The notes: generated from the sequence alone by a model not told the origin. A DNA stretch of 43,177 bases from Actinomycetota bacterium (GCA_046074425.1 JBJTOG010000036.1:1-43177), one strand, 5' to 3'. Counted from the stretch's first letter, positions 1-8,533 are shown. Made by a program: numbers and translations.

Positions 1-102
1 GATGAGGGTGTTGCCCAGCTTGTCGGCCGCCCCGGCGTGAGCCAGCCCGGCCGTCGCCAGCACGAGCGCCACAGCCACGATGGCATTCAGGAGCTTCCTC
101 AT
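1..102 (-). CDS. 5' fragment of a secreted protein of apparently foreign (high-GC) origin, runs off window start
   Basis: Hand translation from ATG at 102: [34 protein letters not shown] (basic N-terminus, hydrophobic core, AHA signal-peptidase motif). SD AGGAGGTGA at 116-108. 70% GC over 1-100 and 31/34 codons end in G/C. Confidence 0.6.
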   Translation of the reverse strand, partial: MRKLLNAIVAVALVLATAGLAHAGAADKLGNTLI

Positions 103-132
103 TTTGGTCACCTCCTCTCCTTCGAGTTGTCC

Positions 133-912
133 CATTTGCTCCGGGGAAGCTACATAGTGCGAAGCGGGAAAAATGGCAACAGCATCGAGTTGCTTGATAA
201 CTTCCCCGGTTAGGGGGTGCAGAGAATATATCGCCTCAATCTCATCACCAAAAAATTCAACCCGGGTTGCGAATTCGTCGTATACCGGAATGATTTCAAG
301 GGTGTCACCTTTTACGCGGAAATTTCCTCTCGTGAAATCAACATCATTTCGTTGATATTGCATTGAGACGAACTTCTTTATAAGTTCATCTCGATCAAGT
401 CGCTCACCAACCTGGAGCGGGATACTTTGATCCAAGTATTCCTTGGGAGCACCAAGACCGTATATGCAGGAGACAGTCGACACCACAATCACATCGCGTC
501 TGGAGAGCAGGCTCATGGTTGCCGAGTATCTGAGTCGTTCGACTTCTTCATTGATCGTGGCATCTTTTTCAATGAATGTGTCGGTTTGCGGGACGTAGGC
601 CTCCGGTTGGTAGTAATCGTAATAACTTACGAAGTATTCAACTGCGTTATTTGGGAACAATTCACGGAATTCAGTTGCTAACTGTGCCGCCAAAGTTTTG
701 TTGTGTGCCATAACTAGCGTCGGTCGTTGCAGTTTTTCAATTAGCCATGCAGTGGTTGCCGATTTTCCAGTACCGGTTGCACCCAGCAAAACAACATCTT
801 TTTCGCCGGCGTTTAGTCTCCGAGCAAGCTCATCGATGGCTTGCGGCTGATCTCCTGAAGGTTTGTAATCGCTTATTACCTCGAAGGGAGTGACCGACCT
901 AGTTGGCTCCAC
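133..912 (-). CDS. uvrB: Excinuclease ABC subunit B, N-terminal about 260 aa only (truncated at junction near 130)
   Basis: Not in ORF track (no stop before window edge). Hand translation from GTG 912: [80 protein letters not shown], all canonical UvrB motifs. Overlaps coaE 3' end. Confidence 0.95.
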
Positions 913-1516
913 GAGATTCCTTTTCCTGGGCCAACTGCTCGATCTTCTTCCAAAGCTCTGAAACTTGTTCGCGCACTTCGCTTAGGGAACCTGAAGAGTC
1001 AATTACCCAATCAGCTCTTTTCCTGCGCTGCTCTTCAGTGGCTTGGGCATCGATCCGAGATATGGCTTCGCTTTCGCTCATACCTCTTTGTTCCAATAGA
1101 CGTTTTAGCTGATTAGCCTTACCCGCCTCCACGGTTATGACAAAGTCAAAATCGTGATTTACTCCTGATTCGACAAGTAGCGGTACTGAATAAATAACAA
1201 TTCTCTTATCTGATTTCCTAAATAGTTCTTGAGTTCGCTCCCTGATTAGGGGATGCAAAATCGATTCAAGCCTCATCCTCTTTTTTGAGTCTGAGAACAC
1301 CAGCTCAGCCAATTTTGCCCGATCTAAATTTCCGTATCTATCTAATACGGCGGTGGAGAATTCCTTCGTGATTTGATCAAGCCCCAAGGTTCCGGGTTTA
1401 ACTACCTCGCGGGCGACTTCGTCAGCATCAATGGTTTCTGCCCCATGTTCAGAGAAGAGCTTAGCCACGGTAGATTTGCCGGCTGCTATTCCCCCGGTCA
1501 GGGCTATTAGAAACAC
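899..1516 (-). CDS. coaE: Dephospho-CoA kinase
   Basis: [12 protein letters not shown]-loop, [22 protein letters not shown]; rpsA-coaE-uvrB synteny. Start GTG 1516 (leaderless spacing) or ATG 1519. Confidence 0.95.
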   Translation of the reverse strand: MFLIALTGGIAAGKSTVAKLFSEHGAETIDADEVAREVVKPGTLGLDQITKEFSTAVLDRYGNLDRAKLAELVFSDSKKRMRLESILHPLIRERTQELFRKSDKRIVIYSVPLLVESGVNHDFDFVITVEAGKANQLKRLLEQRGMSESEAISRIDAQATEEQRRKRADWVIDSSGSLSEVREQVSELWKKIEQLAQEKESRGAN

Positions 1517-1522
1517 CATACA

Positions 1523-1528
1523 AGCCTA
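1523..1528 (-). promoter_or_regulatory. Putative -10 element TAGGCT for leaderless coaE-uvrB transcript
   Basis: TAGGCT 6 nt before GTG 1516, no SD, directly downstream of the rpsA terminator. Confidence 0.6.
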
Positions 1529-1529
1529 C

Positions 1530-1566
1530 AAAGAAAGAATCGAGGCCCCCGCAGGGACCCCGATTC
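1530..1566 (-). terminator. Intrinsic terminator of rpsA
   Basis: Minus strand GAATCGGGGTCCC-TGCG-GGGGCCTCGATTC (13-bp stem with two G.U pairs) followed by TTTCTTT, 15 nt after the rpsA stop. Confidence 0.85.
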
Positions 1567-1581
1567 CACGCTTTTAGTTCT

Positions 1582-3048
1582 TTACTCTTTACCGAGTTGG
1601 TCGCGAAGCGCTGATAGCGATTCGTCGTCCGCCAAGGTTCCGGCAGATGGAGCATCTGACGAAGAGGATGAAGAGTGGGTGTCATTTTCGGAGACAGCTG
1701 GAGCGTCAGGGAGCGATTCAGCCAGCTTGTTTGCGGCTGCAACCTGCTTCTTGTGCTCTTCCCAACGGGCGTGAGCAGCAGCGTATTCCTGCTCCCATTT
1801 AGCGCGAGCCTCTTCGTGTCCGGCCTGCCATTCACCAGTTGCGGCATCGAAGCCTTCTGGGTACTTGTACTGGCCAGCCTCGTCGTACTCGGCATACATT
1901 CCATAGAGTGCTGGGTTAAAGTCAGTGCCCTCTGGGTCAACTTCTTCGAGAGCCTGCTTTAGTGAAAGTGAAATGCGACGGCGATCAAGATCGATGTCGA
2001 TTACCTTAACGAAGACGTCTTGGTTCACAGAAACAACCTGCTCAGCCAATTCGATGTGCTTGGTGGAAAGCTCTGAGATGTGAACCAATCCCTCGATACC
2101 ATCGGCAACACGTACAAAGGCACCGAATGGAACTAGTTTGGTTACCTTGCCCGGAGCGTATTGACCGATTGAGTGAGTGCGAGCAAATACCTGCCATGGG
2201 TCTTCCTGAGTAGCCTTCAACGAAAGCGATACTCTCTCCCTGTCTTGATCTACTTCTAGAACTTCTACGGTTACTTCCTGGCCGATCTCAACAACTTCTG
2301 AGGCGTGCTCGATGTGCTTCCATGAAAGCTCGGAAACGTGAACCAAACCATCAACACCGCCTAGGTCGATGAAAGCACCAAAGTTAACAATTGACGAAAC
2401 AACACCGGTGCGAATCTGCCCCTTGGCCAAATCTGCCAAGAAGGTTGATCGAGATGCCGACTGGCTCTGCTCTAGAAGGGCACGACGTGATAGAACCACG
2501 TTGTTGCGATTCTTGTCTAGCTCTAAGATTTTCGCTTCCACCTCTTGGCCAAGGTAGGGACCAAGGTCACGTACCCGACGAAGTTCGATAAGGGATGCGG
2601 GTAGGAATCCACGAAGTCCAATATCAACGATTAGACCACCCTTGACGACCTCGATGACGGTTCCGGTTACGGTGCCATCGGCATCCTTAACCTTCTCAAC
2701 ATCACCCCAAGCCCTCTCATACTGAGCGCGCTTTTTGGAAAGAATCAGTCGGCCCTCTTTGTCTTCCTTCTGAAGAACTAGGGCTTCGATACTGTCACCA
2801 ACGGAAACGATGTCTCCTGGATCGGCATCGTGGCGAATCGACAATTCGCGGGAGGGAATAACACCCTCGGTTTTGTAGCCGACGTCGAGCAATACCTCGT
2901 CGCGGTCAATCTTTACAACGGTTCCTTCAATTAGGTCACCATCGTTGAAGAACTTAAGGGTTTTTTCGACCGCGGCTAGAAAATCTTCTGCAGAGCCAAT
3001 GTCGTTTACGGCTACCTGCTTGGCTGCCTTTTCGGTCTCGGTTGTCAT
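1582..3048 (-). CDS. rpsA: 30S ribosomal protein S1
   Basis: Four S1 repeats (GLRGFLPAS, FGAFIDLGGVDGLVHVSELSW, FGAFVRVADGIEGLVHISEL), actinobacterial C-terminus GTLADDESLSALRDQL. Confidence 0.98.
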   Translation of the reverse strand: MTTETEKAAKQVAVNDIGSAEDFLAAVEKTLKFFNDGDLIEGTVVKIDRDEVLLDVGYKTEGVIPSRELSIRHDADPGDIVSVGDSIEALVLQKEDKEGRLILSKKRAQYERAWGDVEKVKDADGTVTGTVIEVVKGGLIVDIGLRGFLPASLIELRRVRDLGPYLGQEVEAKILELDKNRNNVVLSRRALLEQSQSASRSTFLADLAKGQIRTGVVSSIVNFGAFIDLGGVDGLVHVSELSWKHIEHASEVVEIGQEVTVEVLEVDQDRERVSLSLKATQEDPWQVFARTHSIGQYAPGKVTKLVPFGAFVRVADGIEGLVHISELSTKHIELAEQVVSVNQDVFVKVIDIDLDRRRISLSLKQALEEVDPEGTDFNPALYGMYAEYDEAGQYKYPEGFDAATGEWQAGHEEARAKWEQEYAAAHARWEEHKKQVAAANKLAESLPDAPAVSENDTHSSSSSSDAPSAGTLADDESLSALRDQLGKE

Positions 3049-3157
3049 AGAGATAGTAACTCCATTACTTGTTCGTCTCAGGTCGCGAGGAATTCCAATT
3101 CGGATGAACAGGGTTCCACCGCAACAGCGGATAGGGATTGCGCCTTGGCGCCCTAAT

Positions 3158-3163
3158 AGCCTA
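3158..3163 (-). promoter_or_regulatory. Putative -10 element (ccgc-TAGGCT) for rpsA, about 100-nt leader
   Basis: TANNNT match in the polA-rpsA intergenic region, in the same ccgcTAnnnT context seen upstream of efp and the 18301-18522 gene. Confidence 0.55.
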
Positions 3164-3189
3164 GCGGTATTGACCGTTTAGGACAAAGG

Positions 3190-5856
3190 CTAGTGGCCGG
3201 CCTGCTCCCAACTAGAGCCGGTCCCGATGTGGACTTCGAGCGGAACACTGAGTTCAACAGCAGATCCCATCTTTTCAACCACCAGTTTTCGGAGCTTTTC
3301 TAACTCCCCCTTTGCGACTTCAAATACCAGCTCATCGTGAACCTGCAATAGCATGCGGGATTTGAGGGATTTAGCCTCAATTTCGGCCTGGATCGAATTC
3401 ATGGCAATTTTTAGTACATCTGCCGCCGTTCCCTGAATTGGCGCATTAAGGGCCGCTCTTCTTGCATTTTCCCTAACTTGGAAGATCTTGCTTTGGAGGT
3501 CCTCAAAGGGGCGACGTCGCCCGTGCAATGTAGTGGTGTAGCCCTGAGATTTAGCATCTTCGACGACTTTGGCAAGATAGCGTTGGACACCTCCAAAACG
3601 TTCAAAGTAGTCCTTCATCAACTGCTTAGCCTCAGAATTGGTAATGCCTAACTGCTTTGCGAGGCCATACTCACTTAGTCCATAGACCAATCCGTAACTC
3701 ATAGCTTTAACTTTTGCCCGCATATCTGGAGTCACTGCATCTGGTTTGACTCCAAAGATTCGCGCGCCGACAAAGCGGTGCAGGTCCTCGCCATTTTTGA
3801 AAGCTTCGATCAAGCCAGGGTCCGCTGAAAGGTGGGCCATTATTCGCATTTCAATTTGAGAATAGTCAGCGGTAAGAAGAGTCTCATATCCCTTTGAAAC
3901 CACGAAAGCATCTCGAATAGCCGCACCTTTAGGGTTCCGAATTGGAATGTTTTGCAAATTCGGGTTCTCCGAGCTAAGTCTCCCGGTGCTAGTTCCGGTT
4001 TGAACATAATTGGTGTGAATCTTGCCATCGGTTTCGATTGCCTTTAGCAGGGTTTCAACCATTTGTTTGAGCTTGGTGGCATCGCGATGCGCCAAAAGTT
4101 TCTCGAGAAACGGATGACCGTTTTGCTCGAATAACTCCGTGAGGGCTTGGGCGTTAGTTGAAAATCCTGTCTTAAGAGCTTTAGTCCCCTGCATTCCCAA
4201 TTCATCAAAGAGCACGGTTTGCAACTGTTTTGGAGATGCGAGGTTAATTTCCTTGCCGATGATTTTGTAGGCTTCAGCCGCAACCTTGAGCGCTTGCGCA
4301 GATAGTTCATCAAAAAGTGCCTGAAGCATGGTTTGATCAACGGAAATACCTGTGTGTTCCATGACCGCGAGAGTTTTTGATGACGGGAGCTCAATCCTCC
4401 GATAAAGATCGTCTTGCTTTTGCTCCAAAACCTTACTTGCCATAACCGGTGCAAGTTTTATGGCTAGCCAAGCGTCAAGCGAGGGATCTTGATCAGCAAG
4501 AAGTTGATTTGGATCTTCCCGCTGAATAGAAATCCCGAGCTGTTCAAGGGCTATGTCATCAACGTAGTAATTTCTGCGAACCGGATTCAAAAGATAAGCC
4601 AATAGCAAAACGTCTTCGACTGCTCCTGAAATATCCATTGAATGGCTAAGGAGAATTCGTTTTGTCCCCTTCAGATCAAAAAGCGCCTTTGCCTTACCCT
4701 CACTAAGTAGCCAATCCAACAGTTCATTTGAAATAGGACCTGTAAGCCTAAGTCGCTCTGTCTCCGAAGCAAATCCAAAACCGAGCGATCCATTAACTTC
4801 TTCAACCTCTACCCCAACCAACCTTTGCTTTTCCAGCCATTTCAGAATCAAATCGCTTGTTGCATCTTTGGCGGGAGGAATTTCCGGCACATCAAATATC
4901 TTTACTTCGGATTCCATCTCCTCAGCGACGGGATTCTGATCTGATTTTGGTAAGTGATTGGTTTGCGAGCCATTAACACCACGAAGTCTAAGCACACGCT
5001 CGGTCAAGGTTTTAAAGTGCAATTTGGTAAAAACCTCTTTTACCTTTTTCTCATCAACCGCGGTGAGCCGGAACTCTTCAAATTCATGCCCAAGTTCTAA
5101 ATCTCGCACCAGGTGATTCAATCTTCGATTTCGGAGGGCCTTATCAACGTTTTCTCGGAGTGACTCACCAACTTTGCCCGGTATCTCCTCGGCGTGAGCA
5201 AGTACTCCGGCTAGGTCCTCATACTGCTGAAGCCACTTGGCTGCAGTTTTCGGCCCCACCCCAGGGACGCCAGGGAGATTGTCACTGGTTTCCCCAACTA
5301 GGGCAGCCAAGTCAGGGTATTGCTTGGCGTGGATTCCATATTTTTCCAAGACTGCTTCGTCATTCATTCGCGCCAGATTCATGACACCTTTGATCGGGTA
5401 AAGAATCGTGGTGTCATCGCTTATCAGCTGAAAAGTGTCGCGGTCTCCGGAAACTATCAAAACTTTGTAGCCAGCAGCACTAGCTTGATCGGCGAGCGAG
5501 GCGAGAATGTCGTCGGCCTCATAGTCTTTTTTGGTGAGCGTGAGGATGTTCATGGCCTTCATGGCCTCTTCCAACAATTCGGTCTGCCCAATGAACTCTT
5601 CTGGTGTTTCGCCTCGGGTCGCCTTATATTCCGGATACTCGATAGCACGGAAAGATGGACCTGAAATGTCAAACGCGACAGCTAAATGGCTCGGTTTTTC
5701 AGCTTCCAGTAAGTTCAGGAGCATCGAGATGAATCCGTGAACAGCGTTCGTGTGCTGGCCATCTGGGGTTCGAAAATTTGAAGGGTTTAATGCATAGAAG
5801 GCCCGAAAAGCCAGTGAATGCCCGTCAATAAGTAGCAGGGTGGGCTTAGGATTCAT
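3190..5856 (-). CDS. polA: DNA polymerase I
   Basis: 5'-3' exonuclease N-terminus (LLIDGHSLAFRAFYA, YEADD, SGDRD); polymerase motifs TGRLSSENPNLQNIP, ADYSQIEMR, AKVKAMSYGLVYG, QVHDELVFE. Confidence 0.98.
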   Translation of the reverse strand: MNPKPTLLLIDGHSLAFRAFYALNPSNFRTPDGQHTNAVHGFISMLLNLLEAEKPSHLAVAFDISGPSFRAIEYPEYKATRGETPEEFIGQTELLEEAMKAMNILTLTKKDYEADDILASLADQASAAGYKVLIVSGDRDTFQLISDDTTILYPIKGVMNLARMNDEAVLEKYGIHAKQYPDLAALVGETSDNLPGVPGVGPKTAAKWLQQYEDLAGVLAHAEEIPGKVGESLRENVDKALRNRRLNHLVRDLELGHEFEEFRLTAVDEKKVKEVFTKLHFKTLTERVLRLRGVNGSQTNHLPKSDQNPVAEEMESEVKIFDVPEIPPAKDATSDLILKWLEKQRLVGVEVEEVNGSLGFGFASETERLRLTGPISNELLDWLLSEGKAKALFDLKGTKRILLSHSMDISGAVEDVLLLAYLLNPVRRNYYVDDIALEQLGISIQREDPNQLLADQDPSLDAWLAIKLAPVMASKVLEQKQDDLYRRIELPSSKTLAVMEHTGISVDQTMLQALFDELSAQALKVAAEAYKIIGKEINLASPKQLQTVLFDELGMQGTKALKTGFSTNAQALTELFEQNGHPFLEKLLAHRDATKLKQMVETLLKAIETDGKIHTNYVQTGTSTGRLSSENPNLQNIPIRNPKGAAIRDAFVVSKGYETLLTADYSQIEMRIMAHLSADPGLIEAFKNGEDLHRFVGARIFGVKPDAVTPDMRAKVKAMSYGLVYGLSEYGLAKQLGITNSEAKQLMKDYFERFGGVQRYLAKVVEDAKSQGYTTTLHGRRRPFEDLQSKIFQVRENARRAALNAPIQGTAADVLKIAMNSIQAEIEAKSLKSRMLLQVHDELVFEVAKGELEKLRKLVVEKMGSAVELSVPLEVHIGTGSSWEQAGH

Positions 5857-5863
5857 AGATGCA

Positions 5864-5869
5864 AGCCTA
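5864..5869 (-). promoter_or_regulatory. Putative -10 element TAGGCT for leaderless polA
   Basis: TAGGCT 7 nt upstream of ATG 5856 with no SD; same gTAGGCTtg context as coaE. Confidence 0.6.
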
Positions 5870-5902
5870 CTTCGATTGGCCTATTCAGAAGGAGAAGCTC
5901 AA

Positions 5903-6334
5903 GTGAGCAATGAGAACGAGCCTACTTTGAGCCCAGAAGCGCGCGCTCTTAGTCTCAAACGTGGGGTTGGAGAGTTAGCAGAGCGCATGGGAATTGAGAT
6001 TTTGCAACTTTCCGCAGAACGAGCCGTCGCCACAATGCCAGTTGAGGGAAATCGCCAACCGCTAGGACTCATGCACGGAGGGGCTTACCTTGTTCTTGCT
6101 GAAACTTTAGGTTCCTTTGCTGCAAATGTTTGGGCGCACCCAAATTCACATGCAGTAGGGATTGAAATTTCCGCCTCTCACACGAAATCCGCAACCGAAG
6201 GTTTGGTTACCGGGGTTGCAACGGCAATCTCCCTTGGAAAGACTCTCACTGTTCACGAAATTGTAGTAAGTAATGCAGCTGGTGAAAGGCTGTCCACTAT
6301 AAGAATTACGAATCTAATTCGTCCGAACAAGTAG
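5903..6334 (+). CDS. Hotdog-fold (PaaI/MenI-like) thioesterase
   Basis: QPLGLMHGGAYLVLAETLGS motif, VGIEISASH. Start reassigned to GTG 5903 with SD GAAGGAG at 5888-5894 (the ORF-track start overlaps polA). Confidence 0.88.
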   Translation: MSNENEPTLSPEARALSLKRGVGELAERMGIEILQLSAERAVATMPVEGNRQPLGLMHGGAYLVLAETLGSFAANVWAHPNSHAVGIEISASHTKSATEGLVTGVATAISLGKTLTVHEIVVSNAAGERLSTIRITNLIRPNK

Positions 6335-6337
6335 CGA

Positions 6338-6922
6338 TTACTTGGATAGTTGCTCGATAACCGTTCGAGCAACGTCAGCCATTGAAAGCCTTCGATCCAT
6401 CGAAGCTTTTTGAATCCAACGAAATGCCTCTGGTTCTGTTAGCGCCATTTTCTCGCTAAGTATTCCCTTGGCTCTCTCAATTAATTTCCGAGTTTCCAGC
6501 CTCTCAGTGACATCCTGAATTTCAGTCTCAAGCTGAACTAATTGCTGGTGCCGAGAGAGTGCGATTTCTATGGCGGGAAGTAAATCATTTGGCGTGAAGG
6601 GCTTAACTAAGTAGGCCATAGCCCCAACTTCAGCGGCACGTTCTACAAGCTCACGCTGGCTGAACGCAGTTAGTAGAACAACCGGAATCTTGAGTTGGCC
6701 GATTTTTTCGGCTGCTGAAATACCGTCCAAATCGGGCATCTTGATGTCCATGACCATTAGATCTGGTTTGAGTTCATTGGCCAATTCAACTGCCCGATTA
6801 CCATCTCCAGCTTCGCCCACCACCTCAAAGCCGTTTTCTCGAAGGGTTTCAACAATGTCGAGGCGAATCAGAGATTCATCTTCAGCGACTACAACTCGTC
6901 TGGCTTTGGCATCGGTACCCAT
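6338..6922 (-). CDS. pdtaR: ANTAR-domain response regulator (PdtaR/Rv1626-like)
   Basis: Receiver domain (VVVAEDE, MDIKMP, LTAFS, KPF) plus ANTAR (ETRKLIERAKGIL..EPEAFRWIQKASMDRR). Start moved to ATG 6922 because the longer ORF overlaps the tRNA. Confidence 0.92.
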   Translation of the reverse strand: MGTDAKARRVVVAEDESLIRLDIVETLRENGFEVVGEAGDGNRAVELANELKPDLMVMDIKMPDLDGISAAEKIGQLKIPVVLLTAFSQRELVERAAEVGAMAYLVKPFTPNDLLPAIEIALSRHQQLVQLETEIQDVTERLETRKLIERAKGILSEKMALTEPEAFRWIQKASMDRRLSMADVARTVIEQLSK

Positions 6923-6929
6923 GCGGTTT

Positions 6930-6935
6930 ACTTTA
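6930..6935 (-). promoter_or_regulatory. Putative -10 element TAAAGT for leaderless pdtaR
   Basis: TANNNT 7 nt upstream of ATG 6922. Confidence 0.5.
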
Positions 6936-6970
6936 TTCCACTTAGCAAGCCGTGCACCAAAAAAATCGGT

Positions 6971-6976
6971 TAGACT
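6971..6976 (+). promoter_or_regulatory. Putative -10 element TAGACT for tRNA-Leu
   Basis: TANNNT 16 nt upstream of the mature tRNA 5' end, implying a leader of about 10 nt. Confidence 0.55.
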
Positions 6977-6992
6977 TCTTGGCGTGGTGCTG

Positions 6993-7078
6993 GCCGGAAT
7001 GGCGGAACGGCAGACGCGGAGCACTCAAAATGCTTTGTCCGAAAGGGCGTGTGGGTTCAAATCCCACTTCCGGCACCA
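6993..7078 (+). tRNA. tRNA-Leu(CAA)
   Basis: Acceptor GCCGGAA/TTCCGGC plus A-CCA, anticodon arm GAGCA-CTCAAAA-TGCTT, long variable arm (TGTCC-GAAA-GGGCG), T-arm GTGGG-TTCAAAT-CCCAC. Confidence 0.97.
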
Positions 7079-7080
7079 CG

Positions 7081-8502
7081 CTAGTTAGCGGCCCCAGAAC
7101 CTACCTTGTGAACCCGCAAGGTATTGGTTGATCCAGATACCCCAGGTGGAGTTCCGGCCACAACTACTACCTCATCTCCCGGTTTACAAAGCCCTTCGGA
7201 AAGCACCGTCTGATCGACCTGGTCAAACATAGCGTCAGTGTGGTTGACACTTGGAACCAAGAATGTCCTCGCTCCCCATACCAGCGCCAATCTATTCATG
7301 ATGGTCTGCGATGGAGTGAAGGCAAGGATTGGTACCGATGAGCGCAATCGAGAAATTCTTTTCATCGAGTCACCGCTCTCGGTGAATACGCAGACATACT
7401 TTGAACCGAGCAGTTCGGCAATCTCCAAAGCGGCCAGAGAAACAGCCCCAGCGTGGGTGTGTGGCTTGGTTCCAAGGCTAGGAATTCGATCCAAACCGTT
7501 TTCTTCTGTAGATTCGATGATTTTCGCCATGGTTTCGATGGTCTCAATCGGGAACTCTCCCACGCTAGTTTCACCAGAAAGCATCAGAGCATCTGCGCCA
7601 TCTAGGACTGCGTTGGCAACGTCAGAAGTTTCGGCGCGGGTTGGAATGCTGGCGTGAATCATTGACTCAAGCATCTGGGTGGCAACTATTACTGGTTTAG
7701 CCCAACGTCTTGCCAACTCCACTGCGCGTTTTTGAACAAGCGGAACTTGCTCAAGAGGCAATTCGACTCCCAGATCGCCGCGGGCGACCATGATGCCATC
7801 AAACGCATCAATGATTTCTTCGAGATTCTCAACCGCCTGTGGTTTTTCGATTTTGGCGATAACTGGAAGGAATACACCTTCTTCTCGCATGATTTCATGC
7901 ACTCTATCGATGTCCGAAGCATTCCGCACAAATGAAAGTGCAATCATGTCAACACCGATTTTTAGCGCCCAGCGAAGGTCAGTTTCGTCCTTTTCAGAAA
8001 GTGCTGGAACGTTTACCGCAACTCCAGGTAGATTGATCCCCTTGTTATTGCTAACTTCACCAGGGACTTCCACAACTGCTGTGACCGTCGTTCCATTTAC
8101 TTCGGTAGCCCGGAGTCTTACTTTTCCATCATCAATTAACAGAACATCCCCAGGCCGGACGTCGTTTGGAAGACCTTTGAAAGTTGTCCCACAAATATTC
8201 ACATCACCTTCAACATCGTCGGTTGTAATTTTAAATGTTGCACCCTTTTCCAGCATGACTGGTCCATTTTTGAAACGGGCCAGGCGAATTTTTGGACCTT
8301 GGAGATCAACAAAAATACCAAGTTGTTTACCGGTGTCAGCCGCAGCTTTTCTAACGGTTTGGTAGATTCCCTCGTGAACATCGTGGGAGCCGTGGCTTAG
8401 GTTCATTCTTGCAACGTCAACACCTGCTTCTATGATTGCTCTGATGCTTTCGTAGCTAGAGGTTGCTGGACCTAGTGTTGCGACGATTTTTGCGCGTCTC
8501 AT
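7081..8502 (-). CDS. pyk: Pyruvate kinase
   Basis: RRAKIVATLGP, RMNLSHG, DLQGPKIR, IAKIEK, MVARGDLGVE, ATQMLESM, DALMLSGET. Confidence 0.98.
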   Translation of the reverse strand: MRRAKIVATLGPATSSYESIRAIIEAGVDVARMNLSHGSHDVHEGIYQTVRKAAADTGKQLGIFVDLQGPKIRLARFKNGPVMLEKGATFKITTDDVEGDVNICGTTFKGLPNDVRPGDVLLIDDGKVRLRATEVNGTTVTAVVEVPGEVSNNKGINLPGVAVNVPALSEKDETDLRWALKIGVDMIALSFVRNASDIDRVHEIMREEGVFLPVIAKIEKPQAVENLEEIIDAFDGIMVARGDLGVELPLEQVPLVQKRAVELARRWAKPVIVATQMLESMIHASIPTRAETSDVANAVLDGADALMLSGETSVGEFPIETIETMAKIIESTEENGLDRIPSLGTKPHTHAGAVSLAALEIAELLGSKYVCVFTESGDSMKRISRLRSSVPILAFTPSQTIMNRLALVWGARTFLVPSVNHTDAMFDQVDQTVLSEGLCKPGDEVVVVAGTPPGVSGSTNTLRVHKVGSGAAN

Positions 8503-8533
8503 TCTTTCCTTTTCCTTGAGGCTTTACGCCTTA

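Noticed and set aside
173-681. Plus-strand ORFs 173-355 and 427-681
   Set aside because: Antisense shadows of uvrB, which the ORF track missed because its frame has no stop in the window.
1461-1940. 159-aa alternate-frame ORF over the rpsA 3' end
   Set aside because: Runs through the rpsA terminator and into coaE; no RBS or recognisable motifs.
3055-3069. AGUAAUGGAGUU resembles the ANTAR-target half site AGCAANGRRGCU
   Set aside because: Only one hairpin, and the required 3-bp stem would be mostly wobble pairs; ANTAR targets need a tandem pair.
5840-5902. N-terminal extension of the thioesterase ORF overlapping the polA start
   Set aside because: A better start exists at GTG 5903 with SD GAAGGAG.
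7050-7081. tRNA 3' end as an integration site (attB) for an island
   Set aside because: No integrase, no direct repeat of the tRNA 3' end noticed, and pyk abuts the tRNA directly.
6690-7088. 132-aa plus-strand ORF and the 34-aa N-terminal extension of the ANTAR regulator spanning the tRNA
   Set aside because: Both overlap a well-formed tRNA gene; the receiver domain begins just after ATG 6922.
7238-8365. Long antisense ORFs (139 and 191 aa) opposite pyk, and many similar ones opposite other genes
   Set aside because: Codon-aligned antisense shadows of conserved enzymes with Ser/Thr-rich non-protein-like composition.
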